DNA of 64,000 nt, taken from an uncultured Pelagibacteraceae bacterium (lineage in GTDB: Bacteria; Pseudomonadota; Alphaproteobacteria; Pelagibacterales; Pelagibacteraceae). The stretch covers positions 413-64,412 of the forward strand of contig CACBHX010000001.1 of NCBI GenBank assembly GCA_902539145.1. The letters run 5' to 3'. Both the position numbers and the translations under genes were made by a program. Under the pieces are notes generated by a model. It searched no databases. It was not told where the DNA came from and worked only from the letters and a program-made list of their open reading frames with translations. Below, one piece after another: positions 1 to 10,116 of the stretch (its first letter is position 1; the number at the start of each line of letters is the position of its first letter).

Positions 1-2
1 TA

Positions 3-872
3 TTAACTACTGTTGGAATAGTTTTCTCACTTATATTTCAAACTATAGATTTTTTTAAAGTAATTCCATTATTTGATTTTGTCTTTGGAACTCACTGGTA
101 TCCAGCAAAAGCTTTTGTTAGAGATTCTTCTGAGGCTTTAGATCCGACAATGTATTCAGATACTTTTGGAGCAGTCCCTATTTTTGCAGGTACTTTTTTT
201 ATTGCATTTATTGCTATGTGCGTTGCTATCCCAATTGGATTAATGAGTGGAATTTATTTAGCTGAATATGCATCAACTAAAGTTAGACAATATGCAAAAC
301 CATTAATTGAAATTTTAGCTGGTATACCAACAGTTGTTTATGGTTTTTTTGCTGCCCTAACTGTTGGACCATTTTTGAAAGAATTAGGAACTTCAATGGG
401 TCTTGAAGTTTCAGCTGAAAGTGCTTTAGCAGCAGGAGGGGTAATGGGTATTATGATTATACCATTTATTTCAAGTTTAAGTGACGATGTAATTACAAGT
501 GTGCCTCAAAGTTTAAGAGATGGAAGTTACGCTATTGGAGCAACTAAATCAGAAACAATTAAGAGAGTTATTTTTCCCGCGGCATTGCCGGGGATAGTTG
601 GATCTATTTTACTTGGTGTTTCAAGAGCTATTGGAGAAACAATGATAGTTGTTATGGCCTCTGGTTTAGCTGCTAATTTAACTTTAAATCCTTTAGAGTC
701 TACTTCAACGATTACAGCTCAAATTGTAGTTATTCTAATTGGTGACCAAGCTTTTGGCGACCCAAAAACGCAAGCTGCTTTTGCTTTAGGTATGTCATTA
801 TTTTTAGTAACACTTTGTTTAAATATTGTGGCCTTGAGAGTAGTTAAAAAATATAGAGAAAAATATGAATAA
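3..872 (+). CDS. pstC: Phosphate ABC transporter permease PstC (5'-truncated by window edge)
   Basis: Frame is open from nt 3, upstream of the ORF-track ATG at 150; LAGIPTVVYG and SRAIGETM motifs; followed by pstA/pstB. Confidence 0.95.
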   Translation, partial: LTTVGIVFSLIFQTIDFFKVIPLFDFVFGTHWYPAKAFVRDSSEALDPTMYSDTFGAVPIFAGTFFIAFIAMCVAIPIGLMSGIYLAEYASTKVRQYAKPLIEILAGIPTVVYGFFAALTVGPFLKELGTSMGLEVSAESALAAGGVMGIMIIPFISSLSDDVITSVPQSLRDGSYAIGATKSETIKRVIFPAALPGIVGSILLGVSRAIGETMIVVMASGLAANLTLNPLESTSTITAQIVVILIGDQAFGDPKTQAAFALGMSLFLVTLCLNIVALRVVKKYREKYE

Positions 873-2133
873 AAATAAAGAACAATTATTAAATAAAAGA
901 TATAAAGCTGAACAGCGATTTCGCTTATACGGTCTGAGTGCAATTTTTATGGCACTTTTATTTTTAACAATCTTTATTTTTAAAATTTTTTCAACTGGCT
1001 ATTCAGCTTTTCAAAAAACATGGCTTATTGTTCCAGTAACTTTCGATGCTGAATTAATGATGTTAGACCAAAATCCTTCTAAAGAAGATTTACAGGACGC
1101 TGATTATTACGATATAGCATTAAAATCAATGGCTGATTTAGATCCAAACGCCAATGAAGATCAAGAAAATGAATTGAAGAGAATGGTGTCTTATTTTTTT
1201 GAAAAAGAAATTAAAAATGAACTTTTAAATGACCCTAATTTAATAGGAAAAACAAAGGAAGTTTATCTAACTGCTTCAGATGATTTAGACCAAGTCTTTA
1301 AAGGAAATTATCCAAGAGATTTACCTGAAGACCAAAGAAGAGTAAGCGATTATCAATTAAAAATTTTTGATCAACTTGTTGCAAATGGTAAGGTTGAAAG
1401 TAAATTTAATATAAGTTTTTTTACAAATGCTGACTCAAGAGAAGCTGAGCTAGCTGGAATAGCAAGTTCATTTATGGGCTCAATTTTTTCTATACTTGTT
1501 TGTTTAATGATAGCTTTTCCTGTTGCGGTTCTAGCTGCAATCTATCTTGAAGAATTTGCCCCTAAAAATAGATTTACTGATTTTATTGAAGTTAATATAA
1601 ACAACTTAGCAGCGGTTCCATCTATAGTTTTTGGTCTATTAGGGTTAGGAGTTTTATTGGCTATATTTCATTTACCAAGGTCTACCCCATTAGTTGGAGG
1701 TATCACTTTGTCCTTAATGACTTTACCAACAATAATTATAGCTGCTAGAGCATCTTTAAAAGCAGTTCCACCAAGTATAAGAGAGGCAGCACTTGCTATG
1801 GGAGCAAGTCGAATGCAAACCACAATGCATCATACAGTCCCTCTTTCTATGCCTGGCACGTTATCAGGAACAATAATTGGTTTAGCTCAAGCTTTAGGAG
1901 AAACTGCACCCTTAATTTTAATTGGAATGGTTGCTTTTGTTAACACGATACCTGGATCACCCATGGATCCTGCTGCAAGCTTACCAGTTCAAATTTATAT
2001 TTGGGCTGAAAGTGCTGAAAGGGGATTTGTAGAAAAAGTTTCGGCATGTATAATGGTCTTACTTGGCTTTTTAATAATAATGAATTTATTTGCCCAAATA
2101 ATAAGACATAAGTTTGAGAAAAAATGGAGTTAA
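865..2133 (+). CDS. pstA: Phosphate ABC transporter permease PstA with N-terminal soluble domain
   Basis: [17 protein letters not shown] loop ([11 protein letters not shown]), GETAPL. Confidence 0.95.
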   Translation: MNKNKEQLLNKRYKAEQRFRLYGLSAIFMALLFLTIFIFKIFSTGYSAFQKTWLIVPVTFDAELMMLDQNPSKEDLQDADYYDIALKSMADLDPNANEDQENELKRMVSYFFEKEIKNELLNDPNLIGKTKEVYLTASDDLDQVFKGNYPRDLPEDQRRVSDYQLKIFDQLVANGKVESKFNISFFTNADSREAELAGIASSFMGSIFSILVCLMIAFPVAVLAAIYLEEFAPKNRFTDFIEVNINNLAAVPSIVFGLLGLGVLLAIFHLPRSTPLVGGITLSLMTLPTIIIAARASLKAVPPSIREAALAMGASRMQTTMHHTVPLSMPGTLSGTIIGLAQALGETAPLILIGMVAFVNTIPGSPMDPAASLPVQIYIWAESAERGFVEKVSACIMVLLGFLIIMNLFAQIIRHKFEKKWS

Positions 2134-2134
2134 A

Positions 2135-2890
2135 ATGATAAAGATTAAAGCAAAAGATGTTGATGTTTTTTATGGAAAAAAACAAGCGCTCTTTAATATA
2201 AGTTTAGATATTGAGGAAAATCAAGTAACGGCATTAATTGGTCCATCTGGTTGTGGTAAATCAACTTTCCTAAGATGTCTTAATAGAATGAATGATGTAA
2301 TTGATATCTGTAGTGTTAAAGGAGAAATTTTAATTAATGATTTTAATATCAATGATAAAAGTTGTGATGTCGTAAGACTAAGAGAAAAAATTGGTATGGT
2401 TTTTCAAAAACCCAATCCTTTCCCAAAAACTTTATATGAAAATGTGTCTTATGGTCCAACAATTCATGGTATGGCTCAATCAAAACAAGAAATGGATGAA
2501 ATTGTTGAAACTAGTTTGAAAAAGGCTGCACTATGGGAAGAGGTAAAAGATAGGTTGCATGAACCTGGAACTGGATTATCTGGAGGACAACAGCAAAGAC
2601 TTTGTATTGCTAGAGCGATTTCTGTAAGACCTGAAGTTATATTAATGGATGAACCTTGTTCAGCATTAGATCCAATAGCAACAGCTCAAATCGAAGAATT
2701 GGTTGATGAGTTAAAAAAAGAGCACACAATAATAATTGTAACTCATTCTATGGCTCAAGCAGCACGTGTTTCTCAAAATACAGGTTTTTTTCATTTAGGT
2801 CAATTGATTGAACATGGATCTACTGATAAAATATTTAAGAATCCTGATAATAAAAAAACGCAAGATTATATAACAGGGAGGTTTGGATAA
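2135..2890 (+). CDS. pstB: Phosphate ABC transporter ATPase PstB
   Basis: [34 protein letters not shown]; ATG at 2135 just after the pstA stop preferred over TTG 2114. Confidence 0.97.
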   Translation: MIKIKAKDVDVFYGKKQALFNISLDIEENQVTALIGPSGCGKSTFLRCLNRMNDVIDICSVKGEILINDFNINDKSCDVVRLREKIGMVFQKPNPFPKTLYENVSYGPTIHGMAQSKQEMDEIVETSLKKAALWEEVKDRLHEPGTGLSGGQQQRLCIARAISVRPEVILMDEPCSALDPIATAQIEELVDELKKEHTIIIVTHSMAQAARVSQNTGFFHLGQLIEHGSTDKIFKNPDNKKTQDYITGRFG

Positions 2891-3597
2891 TGTCTGAAGC
2901 ACCACATACAGTCAAATCTTACGAAGAAGAACTAAAAAATCTTAATGCTAATATAATTAAAATGGGAAGTGCATGTGAAGATTCTTTAGGTAAAGCAATT
3001 CAAGCCATTACAACAAGAGATAATAATATTGCAGAAGCTGTTATTCAAGAAGATGAAAAAATAGATAAATATGAGACTTTAATTGAACAGCAAGTTGTGA
3101 ATTTAATTGCTTTAAGACAACCTATGGCAATTGATTTAAGAGAGACAGTAACGGCTTTGAAAATGTCTTCAGATTTAGAAAGAATAGGTGATTTAGCAAA
3201 AAATATATCCAAGAGAACACTTTTGCTTAACGAAAATCTTCCAAAGAACTTGGTAGACTCATTGAATAGAGTATCTACCAATGTTCAAAAACAATTAAAA
3301 TCAACATTAGATGCTTATCTAGAAAGATCTGCGCCAATGGCAGTAAATGTTTGGGAAGGTGATGAGCAAATAGATGATCTAACAAATCTTTGTATGCAAG
3401 AAGTTATAAAATATCTTAAAGAAAATGAAAAAAATTTAGAAGATGGAACCCATTTATTGTTTGTAACTAAAAACATAGAGCGTATTGGTGATCATACTAC
3501 AAATGTTGCAGAACAAGTTTATTATTTAGTTAAAGGCGAATATTTAGAAGGTGATAGACCCAAGGGAACAGAGCCAATTGTAACCGGAGAAAAATGA
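2890..3597 (+). CDS. phoU: Phosphate signalling protein PhoU
   Basis: QPMAIDLR, DLERIGD and NIERIGDH repeats. Confidence 0.96.
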   Translation: MSEAPHTVKSYEEELKNLNANIIKMGSACEDSLGKAIQAITTRDNNIAEAVIQEDEKIDKYETLIEQQVVNLIALRQPMAIDLRETVTALKMSSDLERIGDLAKNISKRTLLLNENLPKNLVDSLNRVSTNVQKQLKSTLDAYLERSAPMAVNVWEGDEQIDDLTNLCMQEVIKYLKENEKNLEDGTHLLFVTKNIERIGDHTTNVAEQVYYLVKGEYLEGDRPKGTEPIVTGEK

Positions 3598-3600
3598 TTT

Positions 3601-4284
3601 ATGTCAGCTCATGTTTTCATAGCTGAAGATGAAGCATCAATTGTTAGTTTGTTAAAGTACAATCTTGAAAAAGAAGGTTATAAAGTCAGTCATTCAGAAA
3701 ATGGAGAAGATGCTCTTAAACAAATAAAATTAAAACAGCCAGATTTAATATTAATGGATTGGATGTTACCAGAATTATCTGGTGTTGAAATTTGTAAAAA
3801 CTTAAAAAAAGATAATAAGTTTAATGATATTCCTGTCATTATGTTAACTGCAAAAGGGGAGGAAGAAGACAAATTAAAAGCATTTGATACAGGTGCAGAT
3901 GATTATGTAACTAAACCTTTTAGTCAAAAAGAATTGAATGCTAGAATTAAATCTTTATTAAGAAGATCTAAACCTCAATCATCATCAGACATTGTAGAAT
4001 TTACTGATTTAAAAATAGATCGGATTACAAAAAGAGTTTATAGAAAAGATAAAGAAATTACTTTGGGTCCAACTGAATTTAAACTCTTAGATTTTTTTAT
4101 CAAAAATCCAAAAAGAGTTTATTCAAGAGAACAACTCTTAAACAATGTTTGGGGAGAAAATATATATGTTGAGTCTAGAACAGTTGATGTTCATATTAGA
4201 AGATTAAGACAAGCAATTAACATACAAAATACAAAACCTTTAATTAGAACAGTAAGATCAGCTGGTTATTCTTTAGAATCTTGA
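3601..4284 (+). CDS. phoB: Phosphate regulon response regulator PhoB
   Basis: Receiver domain (LMDWMLP, GADDYVTKPF) plus OmpR wHTH (RTVDVHIRRLR); follows phoU. Confidence 0.95.
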   Translation: MSAHVFIAEDEASIVSLLKYNLEKEGYKVSHSENGEDALKQIKLKQPDLILMDWMLPELSGVEICKNLKKDNKFNDIPVIMLTAKGEEEDKLKAFDTGADDYVTKPFSQKELNARIKSLLRRSKPQSSSDIVEFTDLKIDRITKRVYRKDKEITLGPTEFKLLDFFIKNPKRVYSREQLLNNVWGENIYVESRTVDVHIRRLRQAINIQNTKPLIRTVRSAGYSLES

Positions 4285-4790
4285 AGATCTTTGGGTCTTA
4301 TAAATTTTTTTAATACTCCCTTTTTCTCAACTTCATTCCAGGATTTAATATCAAACTCAATTTTTGCAAATGCTGCTGTTGGGAATTTATAATTCATTAG
4401 TTTAAAATTATTCGTATTATGATTTTTTGTAAGATTTCGTACTAAATTTTTCACTGATGGTTCATGGTTTATAATCAAAATTGATTTATATTCACTGGAT
4501 ATTTCTTTAATTTTTTTTACAATTGCATTCTCGTCAACTAAATATAAATCTTTTGAAAAATTAACTTTTTTTGGCTTATTAATTTTCTTGGATAAAATTT
4601 GAAAAGTTTTTTTTGTTCTTTTTGATGATGAAATTAATGCATAATCAAATTCAAATTTTTTTTTAACAAAAAATTCACAAATCATTTTTGCATTTTTCTT
4701 GCCTCTTTTAGTAAGTGGTCTATCAAAATCATTAATACTTAAATCATCCCAACTAGATTTTGCGTGTCTCATGACGTATAATTGATACAT
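4266..4790 (-). CDS. sixA: SixA-type phosphohistidine phosphatase
   Basis: RHAKSSWD...DFDRPL, SSSKRT, second His (NHEP), FPTAA; ATG at 4790 (MYQLYVMRH) preferred because the longer ORF overlaps ppk. Confidence 0.88.
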   Translation of the reverse strand: MYQLYVMRHAKSSWDDLSINDFDRPLTKRGKKNAKMICEFFVKKKFEFDYALISSSKRTKKTFQILSKKINKPKKVNFSKDLYLVDENAIVKKIKEISSEYKSILIINHEPSVKNLVRNLTKNHNTNNFKLMNYKFPTAAFAKIEFDIKSWNEVEKKGVLKKFIRPKDLQDSKE

Positions 4791-4803
4791 AAAATCTAAA
4801 TAT

Positions 4804-6960
4804 ATGACTGCTTTAAAAAAACAACATAAAGAAGAGTTGAAATCTAAATATATAAATAGAGAGCTTTCTTGGTTAAAATTCAACGATAGAGTACTTTTAG
4901 AGGCGCAAAATATCGAAAATCCTCTTTATGAAAGAGTAAAGTTTTTATCAATTGCTGGGTCTAATCTAGATGAATTTTTTATGGTCCGTGTAGCTGGGTT
5001 ATATAGTCAAATAAAACAAGAAGTTGACTCACTAAGCTCTGATGGTTTGACACCTGAAGAGCAAATGGATGAGGTAGTGCTTGAAACTAAGAATCTATTA
5101 AAAAAACAGAACAAAATTTTTATTCAACTGATTATGGAATTAAAAAAAAATAATATCAATTTAGTTAAACCAGTTAATTTAAATACTAAGGATAAAAAAA
5201 AACTTTTAGAAATATTTAAAGAAGAGATTTACCCTTTATTAACACCATCAGCAATTGATCCTGCACATCCATTTCCATTTATAATTAATCAAGGAAGAGC
5301 AATTGTAATGAAGTTAAGAAAAAAAAATAAAAAAAGGATTTTAAACTCAATAATAGTAATACCAAAAGCATTATCTAGATTTATTGAAATTGAGTCTTCA
5401 AAAAATCATAAGAAATTTGTGATTCTAGATGATGTAATAAGTTTTTTTGCTAATGAAATTTTTCCAGATCATGATTTAGAAAAGAAAATGATTTTTAGAG
5501 TAATAAGAGACAGCGATGTAGAGATTCAAGAGGAAGCAGAAGATTTGGTTAGATCTTTTGAATTGGCTTTAAAAAGACGTAGAACGGGTGATATTGTTCG
5601 TTTAGAGGTTCTTGAAAATAGTGATAACGAATTGATAAGATTTATAACTAATAAATTAGATATAAATCCTGACTATATTTATGATGTTGCTGGCCTTGTT
5701 GGAATTCAAGATATAGATCAAATATGTAAAGTAAAAAATCCAAAATTAAGATTTAAACATTTTACACCTAGAGAAGTTGAAAGATTAAAAGAATATAATG
5801 ATAATTTTTTTGAAACTATTAAAAAGAAAGATTTAGTTGTTCATCATCCTTTTGAAACATTTGACTCAGTAATTGAATTTTTAAACCAAGCAGCAAATGA
5901 TAAAAAAGTTATAGCTATAAAACAAACTCTATATAGAACAACTCTAGACTCACCTATTGTTAAAGCTTTAATAACAGCTGCAGAAAACGGAAAAACAGTT
6001 ACCGCTTTAATTGAAATTAAAGCTAGATTTGATGAGGAAGCTAATATTCAACTATCAAGAAGTTTAGAACAAGTAGGTGTTCAAATTGTTTATGGTTTTG
6101 CTAAATATAAAACTCATGCAAAATCATCATTAGTTTTAAGAAGAGAACAGGGTAAAATACAAACTTATTTTCATTTAGGAACTGGCAATTATCATCCAGT
6201 AAATGCTAAAATTTATACTGATTTGTCTTTATTTAGTTGTGATAAGAAAATGGCATCAGATGTTGAAAAGTTTTTCAATTATGTAACAGGATATGCAAAA
6301 CCAAAAAATTTAAATAAAATTTCTATTTCGCCAGTAAATATGAGGCAAACCTTAAATGAAAATATTGATGCTGAAATTAAAAATTCTAAAAATGGAAAAT
6401 TTGCAGCTATTTGGGCAAAAATGAACTCTTTAGTAGATCCAGAAATTATTGATAAATTTTATGAAGCTTCGAATGCTGGTGTAAAAATTCATTTATTTGT
6501 AAGGGGTGTTTGTTGTTTAAGACCAGGAGTAAAAGATAGATCAGAAAACATATTTGTAAAAAGTATCATAGGAAGATTTTTAGAGCATTCTAGAATTTAC
6601 TGCTTTAGTAATGGTACAAAAAAAATGCCTAATAGAAATGCAAAAGTATATATTTCGTCAGCTGATTTAATGCCGAGAAATTTAAATCGAAGGGTAGAAC
6701 TTCTAGTCCCAATTGAAAATGAGACTGTTCATGAACAGATCTTAGATCAAATAATGTTGGCAAATTATCTTGATACTAATCAGAGCTGGGAACTTGAAGC
6801 TGATGGTAATTATAAAAAAATTAAATATAGTAAGAGCGATTCCTTTTCAGCTCATGAATATTTTATGAATAATCCGAGCTTATCTGGAAGAGGTAAAGCT
6901 AAACTAAGAATGCAGCCTAAACAACTGCACTTAAGATTGATTAAAAGTGGAAGTAATTAA
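4804..6960 (+). CDS. ppk1: Polyphosphate kinase 1
   Basis: NRELSWL, NLDEFFMVRV, HHPF, KTHAK, GRFLEHSR, RRVE. Confidence 0.97.
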   Translation: MTALKKQHKEELKSKYINRELSWLKFNDRVLLEAQNIENPLYERVKFLSIAGSNLDEFFMVRVAGLYSQIKQEVDSLSSDGLTPEEQMDEVVLETKNLLKKQNKIFIQLIMELKKNNINLVKPVNLNTKDKKKLLEIFKEEIYPLLTPSAIDPAHPFPFIINQGRAIVMKLRKKNKKRILNSIIVIPKALSRFIEIESSKNHKKFVILDDVISFFANEIFPDHDLEKKMIFRVIRDSDVEIQEEAEDLVRSFELALKRRRTGDIVRLEVLENSDNELIRFITNKLDINPDYIYDVAGLVGIQDIDQICKVKNPKLRFKHFTPREVERLKEYNDNFFETIKKKDLVVHHPFETFDSVIEFLNQAANDKKVIAIKQTLYRTTLDSPIVKALITAAENGKTVTALIEIKARFDEEANIQLSRSLEQVGVQIVYGFAKYKTHAKSSLVLRREQGKIQTYFHLGTGNYHPVNAKIYTDLSLFSCDKKMASDVEKFFNYVTGYAKPKNLNKISISPVNMRQTLNENIDAEIKNSKNGKFAAIWAKMNSLVDPEIIDKFYEASNAGVKIHLFVRGVCCLRPGVKDRSENIFVKSIIGRFLEHSRIYCFSNGTKKMPNRNAKVYISSADLMPRNLNRRVELLVPIENETVHEQILDQIMLANYLDTNQSWELEADGNYKKIKYSKSDSFSAHEYFMNNPSLSGRGKAKLRMQPKQLHLRLIKSGSN

Positions 6961-8458
6961 AAGTAAAAATAGTTTAAAATTAAATCAGGCAAAATTAGCT
7001 ATAATAGACATTGGATCAAACTCTATAAGAATGCTAATTTATGAAGATTTCAGTTCTTCTCGTGTGCCTTTTTTTAATGAAAAAGCAATTTGTGAACTTG
7101 GAAAAAATTTAGATAAATCTAAAAAACTTCACAGATCTGGTACCGAATATGCTTTAAAAGTTTTAAAAAGATTCTCTGAAATTTTAAATGTTTCAAAAAT
7201 CACAAATCTTAAAATCATTGCAACAGCAGTTTTAAGAGAAGCGACTGATACAAAACCATTTATTAATGAAGTTGAAAAACTTTTTAAAACTAAGATTAAT
7301 ATATTATCTGGTGAAGAAGAAGCTGAATGCTCAGCTGAGGGAGTAAAAATAGGCTTTGAAAATGTCAATGGATTAGTTGCTGATCTTGGAGGTGGAAGTT
7401 TAGAATTAGCTCGAGTTGAAAATAATATAGTTACTAATAAAACCTCATTACCTATTGGAGTTTTAAGATTATTAAATAATCCTATAGTTAAAAAAAGAAA
7501 TTTAGCAAAATATATCAAAAAATTATTAAGAGAAGAAAAATGGCTTTCAAAAAAGAAATTTAATAATCTATATTTAGTTGGAGGTACCTGGCGAGCATTA
7601 TTTAAATTACATCTTTTTCAAAATAATCATCCGGTACATATAATTCATCAATATAGTATTGATAACAATGTTTTATCTAAGTTTGTTGAAAAAATTTCAT
7701 CTTTTAATAAATCTAAACTTAAAACAGTTGAGTATATTTCAAAATCTAGAACAGCGTATTTACCTTATAGTTGCATTATACTTGATGAAATTATGAGAGT
7801 TACAAATCCAAGAAATATAATTTGTTCTATAAGCGGTTTGCGTGAAGGTTCTTTATCAATTGACTATTTTAAAGATGTAAAAGAATCAGAAATTTTTCAT
7901 AAAGCACTTGAGAATATTGCAAAAAAAAGAGGTGATCTAGGATCGAACTATAAAAAATATTATGATTTTATTCAGCCAGTTTTTGAAGGCAATGAACATT
8001 TTAATAAGAAATTATTATATCTGGCATGTGTATTAAGTCATATGGATTGGGGATTAGGAGCATTTCAAAAAGCTGAATTGGTATTTCAAGAAACAATAAA
8101 TACTCCTTTACTTAGATTGACTCATAAAGAAAGAATACAATTAGCTTTGTCATGTTATTGGCGGTACTGTAGTATCAAGTATAATCCAAAGATGGAGTAT
8201 CTAACTTTTTTGAATAATAATGAAATTTTTTCAAGCAAACAAGTTGGAGCAGCATTAAGATTTTCACAATCATTGACCTCGATATCTACGATATTTCTTG
8301 AAGAGTTTAAATTGTATAAAAGAGGTAATGCTGTATTTTTAAAAATTCCATCACAACATCAAGAAATAATCTCAAAACAAGTTACTAAAAGATTTAAAGC
8401 TCTTGCTAGAGAATTATTTTTAGAACCAAGAGTAATTTACTCAAATAATTCAAGATAA
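6947..8458 (+). CDS. ppx: Ppx/GppA exopolyphosphatase
   Basis: IDIGSNS, ATAVLREA, GEEEA, DLGGGSLE, GLREG; GTG start overlapping ppk1. Confidence 0.92.
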   Translation: MEVIKSKNSLKLNQAKLAIIDIGSNSIRMLIYEDFSSSRVPFFNEKAICELGKNLDKSKKLHRSGTEYALKVLKRFSEILNVSKITNLKIIATAVLREATDTKPFINEVEKLFKTKINILSGEEEAECSAEGVKIGFENVNGLVADLGGGSLELARVENNIVTNKTSLPIGVLRLLNNPIVKKRNLAKYIKKLLREEKWLSKKKFNNLYLVGGTWRALFKLHLFQNNHPVHIIHQYSIDNNVLSKFVEKISSFNKSKLKTVEYISKSRTAYLPYSCIILDEIMRVTNPRNIICSISGLREGSLSIDYFKDVKESEIFHKALENIAKKRGDLGSNYKKYYDFIQPVFEGNEHFNKKLLYLACVLSHMDWGLGAFQKAELVFQETINTPLLRLTHKERIQLALSCYWRYCSIKYNPKMEYLTFLNNNEIFSSKQVGAALRFSQSLTSISTIFLEEFKLYKRGNAVFLKIPSQHQEIISKQVTKRFKALARELFLEPRVIYSNNSR

Positions 8459-8496
8459 ATTAAATTTAATTCTATTTTTAATTGAGTGATATTTTT

Positions 8497-8573
8497 TTGT
8501 AACATTATTTTAATTTAAATTCATTTAACTTTAACAATAAGTAAATAATTTTGTAATTTAGTTTATGTATAAA
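8497..8573 (+). promoter_or_regulatory. Putative array of Pho-box half-sites with -10 element
   Basis: TTGTAAC 8497, TTTTAAT 8508, AATTCAT 8518, CTTTAAC 8529, TTGTAAT 8551 at ~11-bp period; TATAAA at 8568 exactly 10 nt after the last unit; AT-rich background weakens this. Confidence 0.4.
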
Positions 8574-8577
8574 GCAC

Positions 8578-8668
8578 CATCAAAGTTTAAATATTCATTA
8601 TTTCTTCCCCTGTTTAAATTTTGATGATTAACTACTTTCTTCCTTCTCTTAAATGAGAAGGGAGAAAG
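8578..8668 (+). ncRNA. Candidate two-hairpin small RNA (or tandem terminator structure)
   Basis: 16-bp stem 8578-8593/8611-8626 with loop TTCATTATTTCTTCCCC; 14-bp stem 8635-8648/8655-8668; all non-Watson-Crick pairs are G-U on the + strand. Confidence 0.5.
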
Positions 8669-8679
8669 ACGATTTGGAA

Positions 8680-8889
8680 TTAATTATTTATAGATGCAGG
8701 AGACTGCTCTGCATTTTTCTTAGCAAGCTTTTTTGCTTTTTTTTCTGCAACCTTTTTTTCTAGACCAGCAATTTTAATATTAAGGCTTGATAATTTTTTT
8801 TCTTTTGCTGTAATTTTATTTTTAAGTTTGTCTATTGATTTTAATATCTTTGTTTTTTTCTTTTCATTTTTTTTTAGTTTTTTTCTCAT
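8680..8889 (-). CDS. Small Lys-rich coiled-coil protein, unknown function
   Basis: 69 aa, 24 Lys; strong GGAGG Shine-Dalgarno (cctcc 8895-8899) upstream of ATG. Confidence 0.7.
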   Translation of the reverse strand: MRKKLKKNEKKKTKILKSIDKLKNKITAKEKKLSSLNIKIAGLEKKVAEKKAKKLAKKNAEQSPASINN

Positions 8890-8968
8890 TACTGCCTCCG
8901 AATTATTTAATATTTGATTTAATCATATAATCCTTAAATAAAAAAGATATTTTGATACAACCTTTAGT

Positions 8969-9460
8969 TTATAGTTTTTTAAGAACTGTTATTAAATAAA
9001 AAAACATTGCTATATGAGAACTATTATTGAATTTTTGATTTAATATTAATTTAAATATCTCTCTTTGATTAAAAAGATGAATTCTAATACCTTGTTCTGG
9101 TTTCGAAATTTTAATTAAGTCTTCTGTGTAATAACCAGTAATTTTAGTAGTTAGTCTTCCAGGTTCATTATAAAAAGTTATTATTTTACTCAATTTTGAT
9201 CTTGATCTATATCCTGTTTCTTCTCTTAATTCCTTATATGCTGATTGGAGAGTTGTTTCCTTTTTTTCCACTATGCCAGAAGGAAACTCGTAGTTAATTT
9301 TATTAATTGGAACTCTTTTTTGGGAAACTACTACATATTTGTCTTTAATCTTAGGTATTACTAATGAAAGATTAGAAGTTTTAAGATAATGATAAAACTC
9401 TTTTTTTTTAAATTTTTTGTTAATTAAACTTATTCGATTGGTAAGTTTTATATTTTTCAA
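8969..9460 (-). CDS. NUDIX hydrolase (ADP-ribose pyrophosphatase-like)
   Basis: Nudix box GIVEKKETTLQSAYKELREETGY; TTG start overlapping upstream stop. Confidence 0.85.
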   Translation of the reverse strand: MKNIKLTNRISLINKKFKKKEFYHYLKTSNLSLVIPKIKDKYVVVSQKRVPINKINYEFPSGIVEKKETTLQSAYKELREETGYRSRSKLSKIITFYNEPGRLTTKITGYYTEDLIKISKPEQGIRIHLFNQREIFKLILNQKFNNSSHIAMFFYLITVLKKL

Positions 9461-10116
9461 TTTTTTTCTAAAAATAACTTTTTAACAATAAGTACAGCAA
9501 TTAACATTCCAATAAGCTCAGCTAAAATATAATAAGGAGTATTTAAATAACTAATACCAGTAAAAGATTCTGTAAATGTTCTGGCAATAGCAACCGCAGG
9601 ATTTGCAAAAGAAGTTGAAGAAGTAAACCAATAACCAGCAGTAATATAAAGACCAACACTAGCAGCAACAGCAATTTTGCCCGACTTCATAGACCCAAAA
9701 ATTATAATTATAAGCCCTAATGTTGCTATTACCTCAGATGTGAGTATGTAAATTCCATCTCTTGATTTAGTAGACAATTCATAAACTTCATGTTCAAAAA
9801 AGAAATTAGCTAAACCAACACCAATTAAGCAACCAACCAATTGAGCAATGATATAGTAGGGTAATAGTTTCTTTTTTAATTTACCCGTTATTGCCATTGC
9901 GATACTTACAAATGGATTAAAGTGAGCTCCTGATACATCAGCAAAAACTGTAATAAGCACAAATAAACCTGCTCCTGTTGCTATAGTATTAGCTATTAAC
10001 ATCACAGCAACATCATTAGTTAAGTTTTCAGCCATTAAACCTGAACCAACAATAATCATTACTAAAAAACAACTTCCTAATAGTTCAGCAAGAAAATAGC
10101 GGCTTTTATTTTTCAT
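9457..10116 (-). CDS. MIP/aquaporin family channel, AqpS-like arsenite efflux
   Basis: SGAHFNPF and YWFTSSTSFANPA motifs; coupled to arsC. Confidence 0.88.
   Translation of the reverse strand: MKNKSRYFLAELLGSCFLVMIIVGSGLMAENLTNDVAVMLIANTIATGAGLFVLITVFADVSGAHFNPFVSIAMAITGKLKKKLLPYYIIAQLVGCLIGVGLANFFFEHEVYELSTKSRDGIYILTSEVIATLGLIIIIFGSMKSGKIAVAASVGLYITAGYWFTSSTSFANPAVAIARTFTESFTGISYLNTPYYILAELIGMLIAVLIVKKLFLEKN

Noticed and set aside
3601-4284. phoB as an orphan regulator lacking phoR
   Set aside because: phoR and pstS normally lie upstream of pstC, which is beyond the left edge of the window; absence cannot be judged.
4791-4883. Long ORF-track N-terminal extension of sixA overlapping ppk1 (similar cases for xth, znuA and the 27065 ORF)
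   Set aside because: Family motifs begin at downstream ATGs; the extensions are longest-ORF artefacts rather than real overlaps.
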